Shown here: positions 12,495-25,899 of the stretch, one piece after another
How positions within the stretch are numbered: position 1 is the stretch's first letter
How the letters are laid out: every line of letters starts with the position of its first letter
Source of the DNA: Octopus sinensis
Taxonomy: Eukaryota
Assembly: GCF_006345805.1 (NCBI RefSeq)
Contig: NC_043022.1
Span: 20,708,001-20,772,000, forward strand
Direction of reading: 5' to 3'
Length of the DNA: 64,000 bases
Program-made: the position numbers and the translations under genes
Notes under the pieces: model-generated
Databases searched by the model: none
Seen by the model: the letters and a program-made list of their open reading frames with translations, nothing else
What the model was told of the DNA's origin: nothing

Positions 12495-15010
12495 ATTTAA
12501 AAATAGGATAAAATCTTCATAAGAATTTATCAAGTAGTTAGCGTGAAAAACCTCATAAGAGAAAAAATTCACCAATTTTTTCACTTAACTATATTTATCC
12601 GTGTCGGTGGCACGTAAAAAGCACCATCCGAATCGTGGCCGAAGCCAGTGCCACCTCGACTGGCTTCCGTGCAGGTGGCACGTAAATTGCATCAATGCAA
12701 CCGTGGCCGATGCCAGCCTCGCCTGGCTCCAGTGCAGGTGGCACGAAAAAAGCACCCACTACACTCGCGGAGTGGTTGGCGTTAGGAAGGGCATCCAGCT
12801 GTAGAAACGTTGCCAGATAAGACCGGAGCCTGGTGCAGCCTTCTGGCTTCCCAGATCCCTGGTCGAACCGTTCAACCCATGCTAGCATGGAGAACGGACG
12901 TTAAACGATGATGATGATGATGATTATAAAGGGCATTATTACACATAAATTCCACACGCTAGGAGGGACTCTTAAAGTCAAAACTACTCAAATAAACATA
13001 TCGTACCGAATGCAACTCTCAAAGCAAGTCATTTAAAAACAGAATTTCTGTTTTTAAATGGTGAAACAACTTTTTGCTAATTCCTTAATTACGTTTATAA
13101 TTATAAAAAACTTTTTGTATAAGTTTTTACCGATAATGGTTTTTTTTTCCATACCGAAGCTACTTGGTAAAATTTATTAATTATTAAATAAATATTTCTT
13201 TAGCCTATATCTATAATATATATATGTGTGTGTGTGCCTTTGTGACTTTGTGTCCCTCACCACTGCATGATGATTACATCTGCTTTCCATGCTCACGGAG
13301 GGCTGCACCAGATCCCAGACTGATTTGGCATGGTTTCCCCTTCCTTGAGTCCCCCTGCCTCCAATCTGTGTTTACCACTCCCTGTACTGCTGTTCTTGTC
13401 TCCTCTCACAAAATTGCTGGCCTTGTGCCAAAATGTGAAACCATTATTATCAAAAGGATGCCACCAGGAATTGAACTCAGGACCTTACAATTGTGAAGTG
13501 AATACTCTAACCAATAAGCCACGCACTTATAGAATAGCATTAACAGCCTTTACTAAATGTGATCTTTCTACTTGCAGGTTCCATTCGTACCCGTGATTCC
13601 TGAGATAAGTGCTGCATTGAATATCTATCTTATGTTAAAATTGCCAGTCTCCACATGGATCCGATTTTGCGTCTGGATGTTTGTTGGTTTGTACCGCCAT
13701 TTATTGTTCAGTTAATTCTCTTTGATTTATAAACAAAACAAACAGCTGTTCTTGTCCCCCTTCCCCCCCACCCTCACCCGAGGAAATTCGGTAGTGGTAG
13801 GAGGTAATAGAATGGACCCTGTTGTTTATGCCCATGCTTCAACCCCACCACACACACTCACACACACACACACACATGCAATCTGTCCCTGACAGACCCC
13901 ATTTCCTTCCTTGAATCCCCCCCCACCATCTTCCCAACGCCTCCCCTCCTCCAATCTGTGTTCACCACTCCCTATACTGCTGTTCTTGTCCTGAAGAAAT
14001 TCAGGATAAATAGAATGGGTCCCAGTCCTTTACACCATGTCCACCCCACAACCCCAACACACATGCCTTGTCATATTTTCATCATCTTATCTCTCTCCTA
14101 TTTCCTCTCGCTCTCTCATATTTCTCTCCTCCTCCTTTCCCTTCTCTCCTATTTCTCTCTTCTCCTCTCCCCTCAAATTAAATAAGTACCAGTTACGCAC
14201 TGGGGTCGATATAATCGACTTACTCCCTTTGTCTGTCCTTGTTTGTCCCCTCTGTTTAGCCCCTTGTGGGCAATAAAGAAATAAGAAATGTTAGCACGAA
14301 ATGCTTAGCGGTATTTCGTCTGCCGCTACATTCTGAGTTCAAATTCCGCCAAGGTCGACTTTGCTATTCACCTTTCGGGGTCAATTAAATAAGTACCAGT
14401 TATGCACTGGGGTCGATATAATCGACTTAGTCCGTTTGTCTGTCCTTGTTTGTCCTCTCTGTGTTTAGTCCCTTGTGGGTAGTAAAGAAATAGGTAGTTT
14501 GTCTGCCGCTACGTTCTGATTTCAAATTCCGCCTATGTCGACTTTGCCATTCACCTTTTGGGGATCAGTTAAATAAGTACCAGTTATGCACTGGGGTCAA
14601 TATAATCGACTTAGTCCATTTGTCTGTCCTTGTTTGTCTCCTCTGTGTGTAGCCCCTTGTGGGCAGTAAAGAAATAAGAAAGCTTATCAAGACAGGTGAC
14701 TGGAACCCGATGCAGGTCTCTAGCTGTCAATCTGTCTTTCCACATTTCAAACCGTCCAACCCATACCTACATGGAAAAGGAGGTTTGATAATAATTATAA
14801 TAATAATAATAACCATCTAGTAGTAGTAGTAGTAGTAGTAGTATCTATATCTGCTTTTGTGTGTAACCTCATTCGTAATCTATTATCGTATGTTTCTCTA
14901 TATCATCTTTAGGTTTCCTCGTCTATTTCGGCTATGGTTACGAACACAGCACGGCGAAACGAAGAGATATGACTGATTATGTGAACATCACCGAGGACGA
15001 ATCTGACTGA
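304..15010 (+). CDS. SLC7A1/SLC7A2-like: Cationic amino acid transporter (SLC7A1-4/CAT family, APC superfamily), 3' part; 10 coding exons, 5' exons outside the window
   Basis: GT-AG exons 304-443, 3036-3150, 4030-4252, 5229-5368, 7212-7314, 9284-9358, 9829-9950, 12192-12352, 13578-13686, 14913-15010 join in frame (1286 nt, stop TGA 15008-15010). CAT signature motifs: [66 protein letters not shown]. Exact orthologue not resolved. Confidence 0.93.
2309..2839 (+). mobile_element. 5'-truncated RTE-clade LINE 3' end
   Basis: ORF 2337-2747 with [24 protein letters not shown] and GR motifs; (ATG)n tail; 10-bp TSD ATTGAATAGT at 2299-2308 and 2840-2849. Confidence 0.85.
3036..3150 (+). CDS. CAT transporter coding exon ([14 protein letters not shown]...FDCIATTG)
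   Basis: tttcag acceptor, gtgagt donor, family motif. Confidence 0.95.
3195..4010. repeat. Compound trinucleotide microsatellite (ACC/ACT/ATC) filling a CAT intron
   Basis: Direct inspection; similar tracts at 29440-29940, 46635-46900 and 51110-51690. Confidence 0.95.
4030..4252 (+). CDS. CAT transporter coding exon ([12 protein letters not shown]...GAICALTA)
   Basis: tttcag acceptor, gtgagt donor, in phase. Confidence 0.95.
5229..5368 (+). CDS. CAT transporter coding exon ([19 protein letters not shown]...GLFS)
   Basis: tttcag acceptor, gtaggt donor, in phase. Confidence 0.95.
7212..7314 (+). CDS. CAT transporter coding exon ([24 protein letters not shown]...ILR)
   Basis: tttcag acceptor, gtaagt donor; too short for the ORF track, translated by hand. 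Confidence 0.93.
7655..7790 (+). mobile_element. Solo pLTR fragment of the same Penelope-like family, with a hammerhead-like core at 7689-7747
   Basis: Aligns by eye with about 44460-44590; canonical CTGAAGA...CATC-C-GAAAC-AGA-GTT-TTATC; sits among TA-rich microsatellites in a CAT intron. Confidence 0.65.
9284..9358 (+). CDS. CAT transporter coding exon ([14 protein letters not shown]...)
   Basis: ttccag acceptor, gtaagt donor; completes the conserved LRY motif. Confidence 0.85.
9829..9950 (+). CDS. CAT transporter coding exon (PNTDMQKV...[13 protein letters not shown])
   Basis: ttgtag acceptor, gtgagt donor, in phase. Confidence 0.85.
10078..10682. mobile_element. Degenerate piggyBac-like MITE interrupted by a family A SINE
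   Basis: ttaaCCCTTTAGCATTC left end; gtaatctgaatggtaaatgg degenerate right end; related pieces at about 17430-17840 and 50694-50800. Confidence 0.5.
11585..12139. mobile_element. piggyBac-like MITE with three internal ~168-bp tandem units
   Basis: TTAA TSD (11581-11584, 12140-12143); TIR CCCTTTCATTAC / GTAACGAAAGGG; repeat units start at about 11629, 11796 and 11964. Confidence 0.8.
12192..12352 (+). CDS. CAT transporter coding exon (SLAAIALC...[11 protein letters not shown])
   Basis: taacag acceptor, gtaagt donor; two hydrophobic segments ending in QP..FK. Confidence 0.92.
12600..12925 (+). mobile_element. RTE-related non-autonomous retroposon family D (GGCACGTAAAAAGCACC tandem units; GGCGTTAGGAAGGGCATCCAG; ...GGACGTTAAACGATGATGA tail)
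   Basis: Copies at about 1150-1365, 7330-7640(-), 8905-9215, 18072-18330(-), 21982-22225(-), 30700-31600, 47980-48530, 55500-55800(-), 57225-57590(-). Confidence 0.8.
13578..13686 (+). CDS. CAT transporter coding exon (VPFVPVIP...[11 protein letters not shown])
   Basis: ttgcag acceptor, gtttgt donor; CAT C-terminal domain motif. Confidence 0.93.
14913..15010 (+). CDS. CAT transporter last coding exon ([13 protein letters not shown]...EDESD*)
   Basis: ctttag acceptor; YFGYG..HS motif; stop TGA. Confidence 0.93.
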
Positions 15011-15346
15011 AGAACTCCATAAATCATGACACGTCAATCATCACTCATTCGCATTTCCTTTTAAATCTTGATACTCAAACAATTTCACAATTTCTTTTAC
15101 CTTAATGCTCTGCCATGTACATGAATGCATATAATATTCATATATATATATGTATATATACACACCTACATACATATGCATATATATGTATATATTTATA
15201 TTTATAATCTGTGTATATACATCTGCTATGTATGTAGATATATATATACATGTATATACATACGTGTGTGTGTGTGTCTGTGTGTATACATATGTACACG
15301 TGCGTGTGTGTATATATACATACATATATATATATATACATACATA

Positions 15347-15378
<32 letters not shown>

Positions 15379-15757
15379 CATAATATACTCATAGGTGTGT
15401 ATACATATGCATGTGTGTTATATATAGATATAAATATATATATAAATGTATACATACAAACACACTCATATATAATATACATATCTGTGTGTGTGTGTGT
15501 GTGTGTGTGTAAAGTTTTGTGATATGTAGTTTTATTTTTAACAGAATTCATGTGAGAACCCATACATATCCATGTGTCACCCCATACATGTCCATGTGTC
15601 ACCTACAAATATATAAGATTTTTATGAATTATAAGTACATATCGACAAACAAATACTGCTATACAGGTTCAATTTTACACACGTGTGTGTGTGTGTATGT
15701 ATATATATATGTGTGTGTGTGTATGTATATATGTGTATGTATATATATATGTGTATG

Positions 15758-15800
<43 letters not shown>

Positions 15801-16563
15801 TGCTTGATAATATATAGTACAAAGTGCAGAGGAGGTACAGTCACGCATTTGTACTTTTAAGCGATGTGAGATAATTTATAATGTAGGTTGTTTTTGGTCT
15901 CTAGGTTTCGCTGTTCTGATTGGAGTTAATTCCCCATATGCGGTGAGATTGAGCAAAGCCTGCAAAGGGACACCATCAAACAACTGGTTGACCTCAGAGT
16001 AAAATTACTTGTACTGTTTTATAACTGCATACACGCACACACATATCTTGTGTACGTACATATATATATATATATATACTTATATGTGTATCGTATGTGT
16101 ATGAATGTTCATATATTCAACTGCATCTGTGTATGTATGTGTGTGTGTATATATATATATATATACTTGGAAAAGGATGCGTGGCATTCAATCATACAAT
16201 AATATAAATAATATATAATTATATGCATATATACATACATATATGTACATACCTACATATATATGTATATATACATATAAATGTAGGTATATATGTATAT
16301 ATGCATATAATTATATACATATGTATATATTTGTAATTCTTTGAATGTGTGAGTTTGATTGTAAATATTCTGTGTATGTGTGTATACTCATATATATATA
16401 TGTGTGTGTGTGTATGAAATAGCAGTGTTCATATAATAAATATTACCAACCACGTATACTCAACATAGACTACACAAAGCAAAAACATTAAATATATGTA
16501 ATTGATAATGTTTATTACACTAGTGTTGCTTCTATTTCATATCCATTACACACACACACAAAC

Positions 16564-16625
<62 letters not shown>

Positions 16626-19600
16626 CATGTTGTTGCATCCATTAGTCTTGCTAGAGTATAGATCTGCAGCCGAAGGGTCTTGCTTCAATCTCTGTTGATA
16701 GAGAAAAGCCTGTTGGGGCTGTAGAGGCCTACTCTAGAATGACTTTTCTGGTTGCAGTAACTACATTTGAAAATGCTTTCCACACCGGTGTTGTTTTAGA
16801 ACTTTTTTAAGTCTCAACTCTATAATTTTTAGACTTTAAACCCCCATCTCATTCTTGCCTCCAGCGAAAGTCTTTGCTTACGTCGTCCTCTTGCTTCTCA
16901 AATTTCTCTATTCAGTGGCTTCATATTTCTTATACAGGTACTTTTGATATGAGATGAGGTTATCTTTTTGCTCTCTTACTTGAAGCCAGTTTCCCCCATA
17001 TAATGCAGAACAGGTAGTTTAACCAATGATGATGAGACAGGAACAGGATGATGAGACAGAGTATCTAGATAGAGGCCAGAACGTCATTGCTGCTGACTCG
17101 GTCTGTTTACGACATTGTGATGCCAGTCTTGTCCAGAGTGGGGACTCCAGGCCACACTGTAGTCATAGTGTGCTACGGTCAAGGGCCATGTGTCCCAGAT
17201 GCTTTTTGTGTCAGCTTGGTGAGTGTTGAGGCTATGTGTGGAATGACTGATCAATCCAAAGAAGCATCTGGGGACAGCAAGTGATAGTGGGGATTTTGAA
17301 CAGTATATTTTCTACTCACAAGGTCAACAAAAACTGACATAACGTGGAGCTTTTAAATCACAACTTAACTTTGTCTTAGATGAATTGTCTTCTCAAACTG
17401 AAGAATTCTGTTGACCTAAAGTACTGGCTTAACCGTTTTGCATTCAGATTACTCTGTCAAATGTAAATCTTATTCATTCACATTGTTTTGAAATAATCCT
17501 GCTTTATCTTGTGGTTTCAAGATTTCGATGATGTGATTGCTTACTTTTAAAGTGACATTGTGCAAGAGGCTGAATTTGGCTGGTTCGAATATAAAACAGA
17601 TTAGGGCCAGATAAAACTGGTTTAACCCTATAGTATTTAGATAACGGTCGATTGCTTATTTATTCACATTATTTTGAATCAGTCATGCTTTATCTTGTGG
17701 CTTTGAGATTTCAATGATGTGATTGTTTATTTTTAGAATGATATTGCAAGATAGATGTGAAAGGCTGGATCTGGCTAGTTTGTACATAGAACAGATAAAA
17801 TATTTGGGCCGGACATGGCCATTTTAAATGCCAAAGGATTAAACCAACTGAACCAGCCTTCACCCCTTCTCTTGTCAGTAAAATGAGTTCTGCTGGATAT
17901 AGCTGTAACCCACAGAAGAAGGCCCCAAGGCTTGGACATCATATACATTCCTTAAAAAGCATTTTCAGACTATTGGAGCAAAATTCTATTAATCTTCAGC
18001 TTAACAACCTTGGAATCATATATATGTATGTGTATATGTATGTATGTATATATATATATAATGTATACATCATCATTTAACATTCTGTTTTCCATGCTGG
18101 CATGGGTTGGATGGTTTGACATGGGGCCTGGCCAGCCAAGGAGCTGTCCAGACCCCAATTGTCTTTTGTGCTATGGTTTCTCTGGCTGGATGCCCTTCCT
18201 AACATGAACTACTTTACAGAGAATGCTGGGTGCTTCTTCCGTGCCACCTGCGCAGGTGCCTCTGAACAGCACCAGCACGAGTGCATTTATGTGGCACTGG
18301 TACATGTACAGGACAAGCCTGTGTGCATGGACGACAGCAATTATATATATTTATGTATGTATGTGTATATATATATATATGCATGTGTATGTATGTATAT
18401 ATATATGTATGTATAATATATGTATGTATATATATATGCATGTGTATATATATATGCATGTGTATGTATGTATATATATATGTATGTATAATATATGCAT
18501 GTGTATATATATATGCATGTGTATATATATATGCATGTGTATATATATATGTATGTATTTATGTATGTATATATATATGTATGTATCTACACACACACAC
18601 ACACATGTACATATGTATACACACATGCATGTGTATGTGCACGTACATGTAAATTAATCTGCTGGTCTATTTCTTTCTACATCATATATGAGTGTGTGTG
18701 TGTGTATACATGTTCATATGTATACACACTCATGAATTTGTGCACCCGGTTGTATTTTCCGGGTTATATATATATACACACACACACACATACATCCAAA
18801 CAGACACACATAAACTCACATACATGCATTCCCGTGACTATCAATTTTAAAAGGAAAATGTTTTATTTTTTATATCAATATATATATATAGATATGTATG
18901 TATACATTCTGTTCCTTGTTTAATTTCATCTAATTTACTTCACCTGTTGACTATATATATATATTTCTATACAAGTATATGTATATATAAATGCATATGC
19001 ACATGTTTTTGTTAGTGTATATATATATATATACATACATGTGTATATATATGTATAGTTGTATGGAAATAATCTTTTGGATATGTATGTATATATTAAT
19101 ACACATGTATGTATTTATATTTTTAAATATAGAGTTAATAATGCAGATAATTAGGCATGATATATATTTACATGCTGCACAGTAACTACAGAATAAAATA
19201 TAAAGAAATTATATGTCTTAACAACTGTTTCAGGAAGCTGAGAATTACGTAATATGCTAGTGATATACCCCTCACATTTTGCATATATCACATAACACTG
19301 GTTCCTGAAACAGCTGTCAAGTTAAGACACTAAATAATTTCTTTATATTTTATTCCATGTTTATGGTGCTCCATGCAAGTATTATATATCAAGCCTAACT
19401 GTTTATCTACATAACAACCTCCATATCTGTTCGATTTGGATTTCTCTTATACCTACTCTCAATGCCATGGGCCTTGCCCTGGATGAAGAAGTCGGAGTTT
19501 AAGTTTAAATTAAGTCAAGCACTACATATTTTCTATAGTGAGCTTATCTGGCTCTCGCCTATTGACAGTAAATATATATATACATACATAAATGTATTTG

Positions 19601-20034
19601 TATGTACATAAACATATATATATATATTTGTATATACAACTGATTGAACAAATAAGAGAAAGTAGCATTCAGTACATTTTGTTGAAGCTTTATGTAATTA
19701 ATAACAGTCTGACTTAACTCCTTATTACTTAAAGTTTCATGCATGAAGAACATGTCTACTTCATCAGACTTTTGGAAACTTCTCATATGTGAACACTTTT
19801 TTCTGCTTACAAAATTTTAATGGGGAGCTACGTGAAACAATTATTAGATATATATTTGTGTATATAAATATATATATACTTGTATAGATAAATATGTATT
19901 TGTATATTTAAATATATATATATATACATATTTCTGTGTGTCTATATATGTGTATACTTGGCATAGTGGATCTCTAAGTACACACAAATCTAGGAATAAG
20001 CATATAAGCTTGTAAATAAATATTGTTTTGATAG

Positions 20035-20072
<38 letters not shown>

Positions 20073-20856
20073 AGCCATCAACTTTCTCTATCCAAATGGG
20101 ATTTTCAACACATATGATATTTATAGTTTCATCCTGTGTTTCAAGATTCACTATTCCAAAAAAGAATTATATATATATTTGCATATTCATATATGTATAT
20201 ACATACATACTTTTACATATTTGTGTGTGTATATGTATATTTATGTATTCATATATGTATATACATACATATTTTATATACTTGTATATGTATTAGTATT
20301 ATGCAAATGCATGTGTGAGTGTATATGTGTGTGTATATATATATATATTCATATATGCATCCATATTTTATACATTTTGATATATATAAATATGTATACA
20401 TTTACATGAGTGTGTAATTATATATATATAATACACACACACACACACACACACACATGTATATATTTATATTTTGTTCATATATATATATATATTTTGT
20501 TTGATTTTTATCTCCAAATTTACTTTGACCCCTATTTTAACCCCCACCAAATAATTCTGCTGCCATTTTGTGACTGATCGTTTGAAATCCAGTTATTATC
20601 ATTATATCAAATATTATTGTATTGTCTTTCAAGAACAAAACGATTGATTCTTTCACACTGACTCTTGCTTCCTACATCTTCGTCAGGGATGACATTATTC
20701 AATTTTACTGTGATGAAAAGAAAAACCCCACTAAAAAAAAAAAATATAAATAAATAAAAATTATATATTTAAATCATGTAAATGAAAAACAGAACAAATA
20801 AATACCTTCATTTAAAAATAATGTGCAAGAACAAAAGCCAGAGGTGTTTGTTGTTT

Positions 20857-21065
20857 TTATTACCTCCGCCTAATCGAAGGTAGAGGTATTGTTTTCAGTC
20901 ATATTTGTTTGTTTTTCCATGGACAAGATATCTCAAGAACCGCAGATGGATTCGGATGAAACTTTCAGGGATGTTTGGCCTCGTGACTGGTATGAACTGA
21001 TTAGATTTTGGGATTGATCTTGTACCGGGCAAGGATTCCAGATTATTTTTTCAGGGTGATCAGAT
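20857..21065 (+). mobile_element. Helentron/DINE-like non-autonomous element fragment
   Basis: TTATTACCTCCGCC..GAAGG.AGAGG hairpin start followed by caagatatctcaagaacc...gatgaaacttt, the typical HINE layout (recollection). Confidence 0.5.
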
Positions 21066-22558
21066 TCATTTTTAGTATTCTCATTTGTAAGAGCAGTCAA
21101 GTGTATTTCAGATACTCTCTTTACACACACAGATACAGATACATTGGGCTTCTTTCAGTTTCCATCTGCCAAATCCACTCGCAAGGCTATAGTAGAAGAC
21201 GCTTGCCCAAGGTGCCATGCAGTGGGACTGAACCCGGAACCATGTGATTTAGAAGCAAGCTTCTTACCACACAGCTACGCCTACTGAACACTGTGTTCAG
21301 TAATCATCTTTGGTAAGCTTGCATATGAGCTACAAGGTCTGCTCTTGATCTGCAACAGTGATGACATCCACTGCAGACGAAGCTGCTTCATACACACACA
21401 CACACATATATATATATGGCCCCGTGGTTAGGGCAGCGGACTCGCGGTCGTAGGATCGCAGTTTCGATTCCCAGGCCGGGCGTTGTGAGTGTTTATTGAG
21501 CGAAAACACCTAAAAGCACCATGAGACTCCGGCAGGGGGTGGTGATCCCTGCTGTACTCTTTCACCACTCTTTCTTCTGTTGGCCTGCTCGCTTAACCAG
21601 CGGGGTGGCGTCATTTGAAGGCTAAAACAATGCGAACGCATTGTGACCAGCGATGTGTAACAACATCTGATGGTCTGGTCAGTCATGTAATCACATGATA
21701 GATATATATATATGGTAGTTTTACAAGAAGCTGCATATTCTGTGATGGAGACAGAGAATAAAAAAGACAGTTGCTACAGCATGGCCACAGTCAAATGACT
21801 GAAACAAGTAAAAGAGTAACTAAAATTGTTTACAGAAATTGCCAAACAACCGGTTAGAAATCTTGAGATGATAAATGAAACTGCCATATCCAGTATCAAT
21901 TTGCCTTGTGTCTCACATAGGAAGCTGTATATACTATGATACAGACAGACATGCATACACAAATATATACACATCATTATCATTTAACATTTGTTTTCCA
22001 TACTGGCATGGGTTCGATGGCTTGACCAAGGACTGGCAAGCCAGGAGGCTGCACCAGGCTCCAATCTGATCTGGCAAGATTTCTACAGCTGGATACCTTT
22101 CCTAACACCAACCACTTCAAGAGTGTAATGAATGCTTCTTAAGTGCCACAGGCACAGGGGCCAGTCAGGCAGCATTGGCATCGACCATGCACGAATAGAG
22201 CATTTTATGTGCCACTGGCATGGGAAGAAGTTATTGCAAATCATTACAAGCAATAAAAGAAAACAAACCAATTCAAAAACATTTGCCTTTATTAATACAC
22301 CGCTTTGAAATTCATTGCCGTTTTTAATATAATTAAAACAAATTTTAATGGTAATGGTTGAGGGGGCAGATGGCATGATGGTGATGGTAGTAGGATTACA
22401 ATTATAATTGTCATCTTTGAATGTCACCATTCCATCAGCTTTTATTCAGCAGTTATCCAGAAAGTAAAATTATTGTATGCGAGTAAGTATATAGTTTTTT
22501 TTAATGATAACAGTCATTGAACCACAGCCAAGGTGGTGCACCGCCTTTATAATATATA

Positions 22559-22599
<41 letters not shown>

Positions 22600-22981
22600 G
22601 TTTGTGTGCGCATGTGTTTATGCATGTATACGATGTGTGTAAATGCATGTGTCTGTGTACATATTCATAGGCTGCTGATATTAAATAGAGTCTTAAATAT
22701 TTATAGTATGCAAATCAGATATTCCACTCCTCTGAAGCCCCTGAATTAGTTGTGTAGATAGACAGATTGGCTGCTTACTTCTCTGGGATTGGTTAAGTGA
22801 TGCAGACATCCCTGATGAGAACACAATAAGGTTGAAACATTGATAAGGCTGTTCAATCATATTGTTTCAGTCCACAGAGAGATGGTTGAATTTTCCATGT
22901 CCGTATGTTACTATGTAGATTTATACACACACACACATGCATATATTATACTAATAATATATATCTATATATTACACACAT

Positions 22982-23029
<48 letters not shown>

Positions 23030-23903
23030 GCGTGGCTGTGTAGTAAGAAGCTTGTTTCCCAACCACATGGTTCCAGGTTCAGTCCCACTGCATGGCACCT
23101 TGGGCAAGCATCTACTATAGCCCCGGGCTGACCAAAGCCTTATGAGTGAATTTGGTAGACAGAAACTGAAAGAAGCCCATCCTATGTGTGTGTGTGTGTG
23201 TGTGTTGTCCCCCACCATTGCTTGACAACTGATGCTGGAATGTTTATGTCCTCGAAACTTAGCGGTTTGGCAAAAGAGACTGATAGAATAAGTACTAGGC
23301 TTACAGAGAATAAGTCCTGGGGTCGATTTGTTCAACTAAAGCCGGTGCTCCAGCATGGCCACAATCAAATGACAAACAAATAAAAGAATATATGTATATA
23401 TTCTTTTACTTGTTCTAATGATTTGACTGCGACCATGTTAGAGCACTGCCTTGAAGGGATATTTTTAGTTGAACAGATCGATCCCAGGACTTACTTTTAA
23501 AGCCTAGTACTTATTAGAATGGCCTCATATATTGAACCATTAAGTTATGGGGACATAAACACCAACACCGGTTGTCAAGTGATGAGGGGTGGGACACACA
23601 CACACACACAGATATATATATGACAAGCTCCTTTCAGTTTCCATCTACTAAATCCACTTACAAGGCTTTGGTCAGCCCAAGGCTAAAGTAGAAGACATTA
23701 GGGCAAGGTGCCATGCAATGGGACTGAACCTTAAACCATGTACTTAAGAAGCAAACTTCTTACCACAGAGCTATACCTGCACTTATATATACATATATAC
23801 GTACACACACACATATATACATACATATATACACACATACATATACACACGCATATATTTAATATATTTATATATATATATATACACATATACATATTTG
23901 TAT

Positions 23904-23935
<32 letters not shown>

Positions 23936-24256
23936 TTGTTCATACATACATATATATTTGTATACCCACACACACACACATATTTGTACATACATATATA
24001 TTTGTATACACACATGCACACACATATATATTTGTACATACATACATACATATATTGTAGTATGGCAAGCAGATCTGATTATTATGAAAGAAAAACTTCC
24101 ATTTTGGGTTCCTCTATTTGTTTAACTTTTCTTCTTGTATTTTTTTTTTTATTTTTAGATCTTTTCCAAATTTGCCACATTCATCCATTTATACAATAAT
24201 TGCAGAAACTATTTAACTACCATAGCTTTTCGACGTACTCTGCCCATAAGTGTAAT

Positions 24257-24422
24257 CAGGGCCAGCCTTAAGGTTGCTGGCACCCCAGGCAAGCTGAAGT
24301 TCGGCGTGTACAAGCTAACAGTCATGGAAATTTCTTTGCCTTTGTCATGTCCTCCTTGACGCTCCCTAACACATTGTGCCCTGGGCAACTGCCCAAGTTG
24401 TGGGTACCTTGAGCCGGCCCTG
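24257..24422. mobile_element. hAT-like MITE
   Basis: TIR CAGGGCCAGC / GCCGGCCCTG; 8-bp TSD (a/g)gtgtaat. Confidence 0.65.
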
Positions 24423-25093
24423 GGTGTAATAGCTGCTCTCTACTTACTAGGAAGCTTTTTACTATTTATAATGTTATAGCAGACTTACTCATCCAAAATT
24501 CAAAGATAATCCCATAACATATTATCACCACCGTCATCATCATCATCATTGTTTTGATGTCTACTGTGTGATGCTTGCATGGCTCAGACATGATCCACTG
24601 AGGTACATTTCTCTGGCTGGATTCCCTTCCTGTCATCAATCCTTCCCTGTTTCTGAGCGAGATAACATTTACCCTATCCTTGTCTGGACTGTGCAAATAA
24701 ACATCATCATCACTTGTACGAATGGTGATGCTTATTTACAATAATCACGCAACATCCAAACAAGGCATCCATACACATACACACATGGGGCCACACATAT
24801 ACATAGCTAAATGCATATATGTAGCATGCTTCTTTTCCTTCAGTTCCTATCAACCAAATTCATTCTCGGTGCATTCATGGGCCCAGAGGCTGTAGTGAGG
24901 AATGTTTGCCGAAGATGCCATTCAGTGGGAATGAACCTGACACCACACAGTTGTGAAGCAAACTGCTTAACCACACGACCATACTGCCACATATGATGTG
25001 TGTGTGTACGCATACAATATAAAAACATGTATATATGTATGTATTTGTATATATATATATGTATGTATATATGTATGTATGTATGTATTTGTG

Positions 25094-25126
<33 letters not shown>

Positions 25127-25421
25127 TTGTGTTGATATATATATATATATATGTATCATCATCATCATATCATCATCATTTAACGGACGTTAAACGATGA
25201 TGATATATGTATAATCAAAAGTGCAGAAACGATGTACTCCAAAGGAATTTAAAGGTAACGTAATCCAAGGGTAGAGCAAGAAAATCCATGAATCAGGTAC
25301 TCCAAATCGGTCGGAAGGACGTAGAGGGTCTGTGTGAGCATATAGTAAATAGTCAAATCATATACATATATATGTACAAATGTAAGTACATAAGTATATA
25401 CATAAGTATGTATGTATGTAT

Positions 25422-25470
<49 letters not shown>

Positions 25471-25867
25471 TGAAAATGATTATAAGTTTTAAGCTTATAA
25501 CTGCGCACATTGTGTTACTACAAGCTTAAGGCTTATAATAATTATTTTCACTGTTTCTTAGCTTAATGCATTTGTGTATATATATATATATATAAGGAAA
25601 ATAAGATAAGGTAGAAAATGCTAAAATGATTTTATCATGGAGAACATTTTAGTACATTTTAGTCTTCGTGACTTTTCCAACATGCAAAGACTGAATCTGG
25701 TACTAAAATTATTTTAGCATTTTCTACCTTGTCCTATTTTCCTTATATATATATATCAACTCATGTGTTACTTTTTAACCTTCTACATACATATATATAT
25801 ATAGTTATATTTCGGAATGGTCATATTGCCAGTTTAGCCAATAATCTTACACAACAAATATTTAAAC

Positions 25868-25899
<32 letters not shown>

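Noticed and set aside
16625-17340. Non-microsatellite block that might be a decayed LINE or a separate gene
   Set aside because: All frames are interrupted and no motif was recognised with confidence
19720-19772. Minus-strand CTGATGA...GAAACTTTAAGTA
   Set aside because: Helices I and II pair poorly; expected by chance in AT-rich DNA
22812-22880. CTGATGAG-AAC...GTT-GAAAC motif
   Set aside because: Core letters are present but I could not find a helix I adjoining a cleavage triplet; decayed or chance
15041-25473. Dozens of ORFs rich in YI/CV/HT dipeptides
   Set aside because: Translations of (TA)n, (TG)n and (CA)n microsatellites; no splice context or homology
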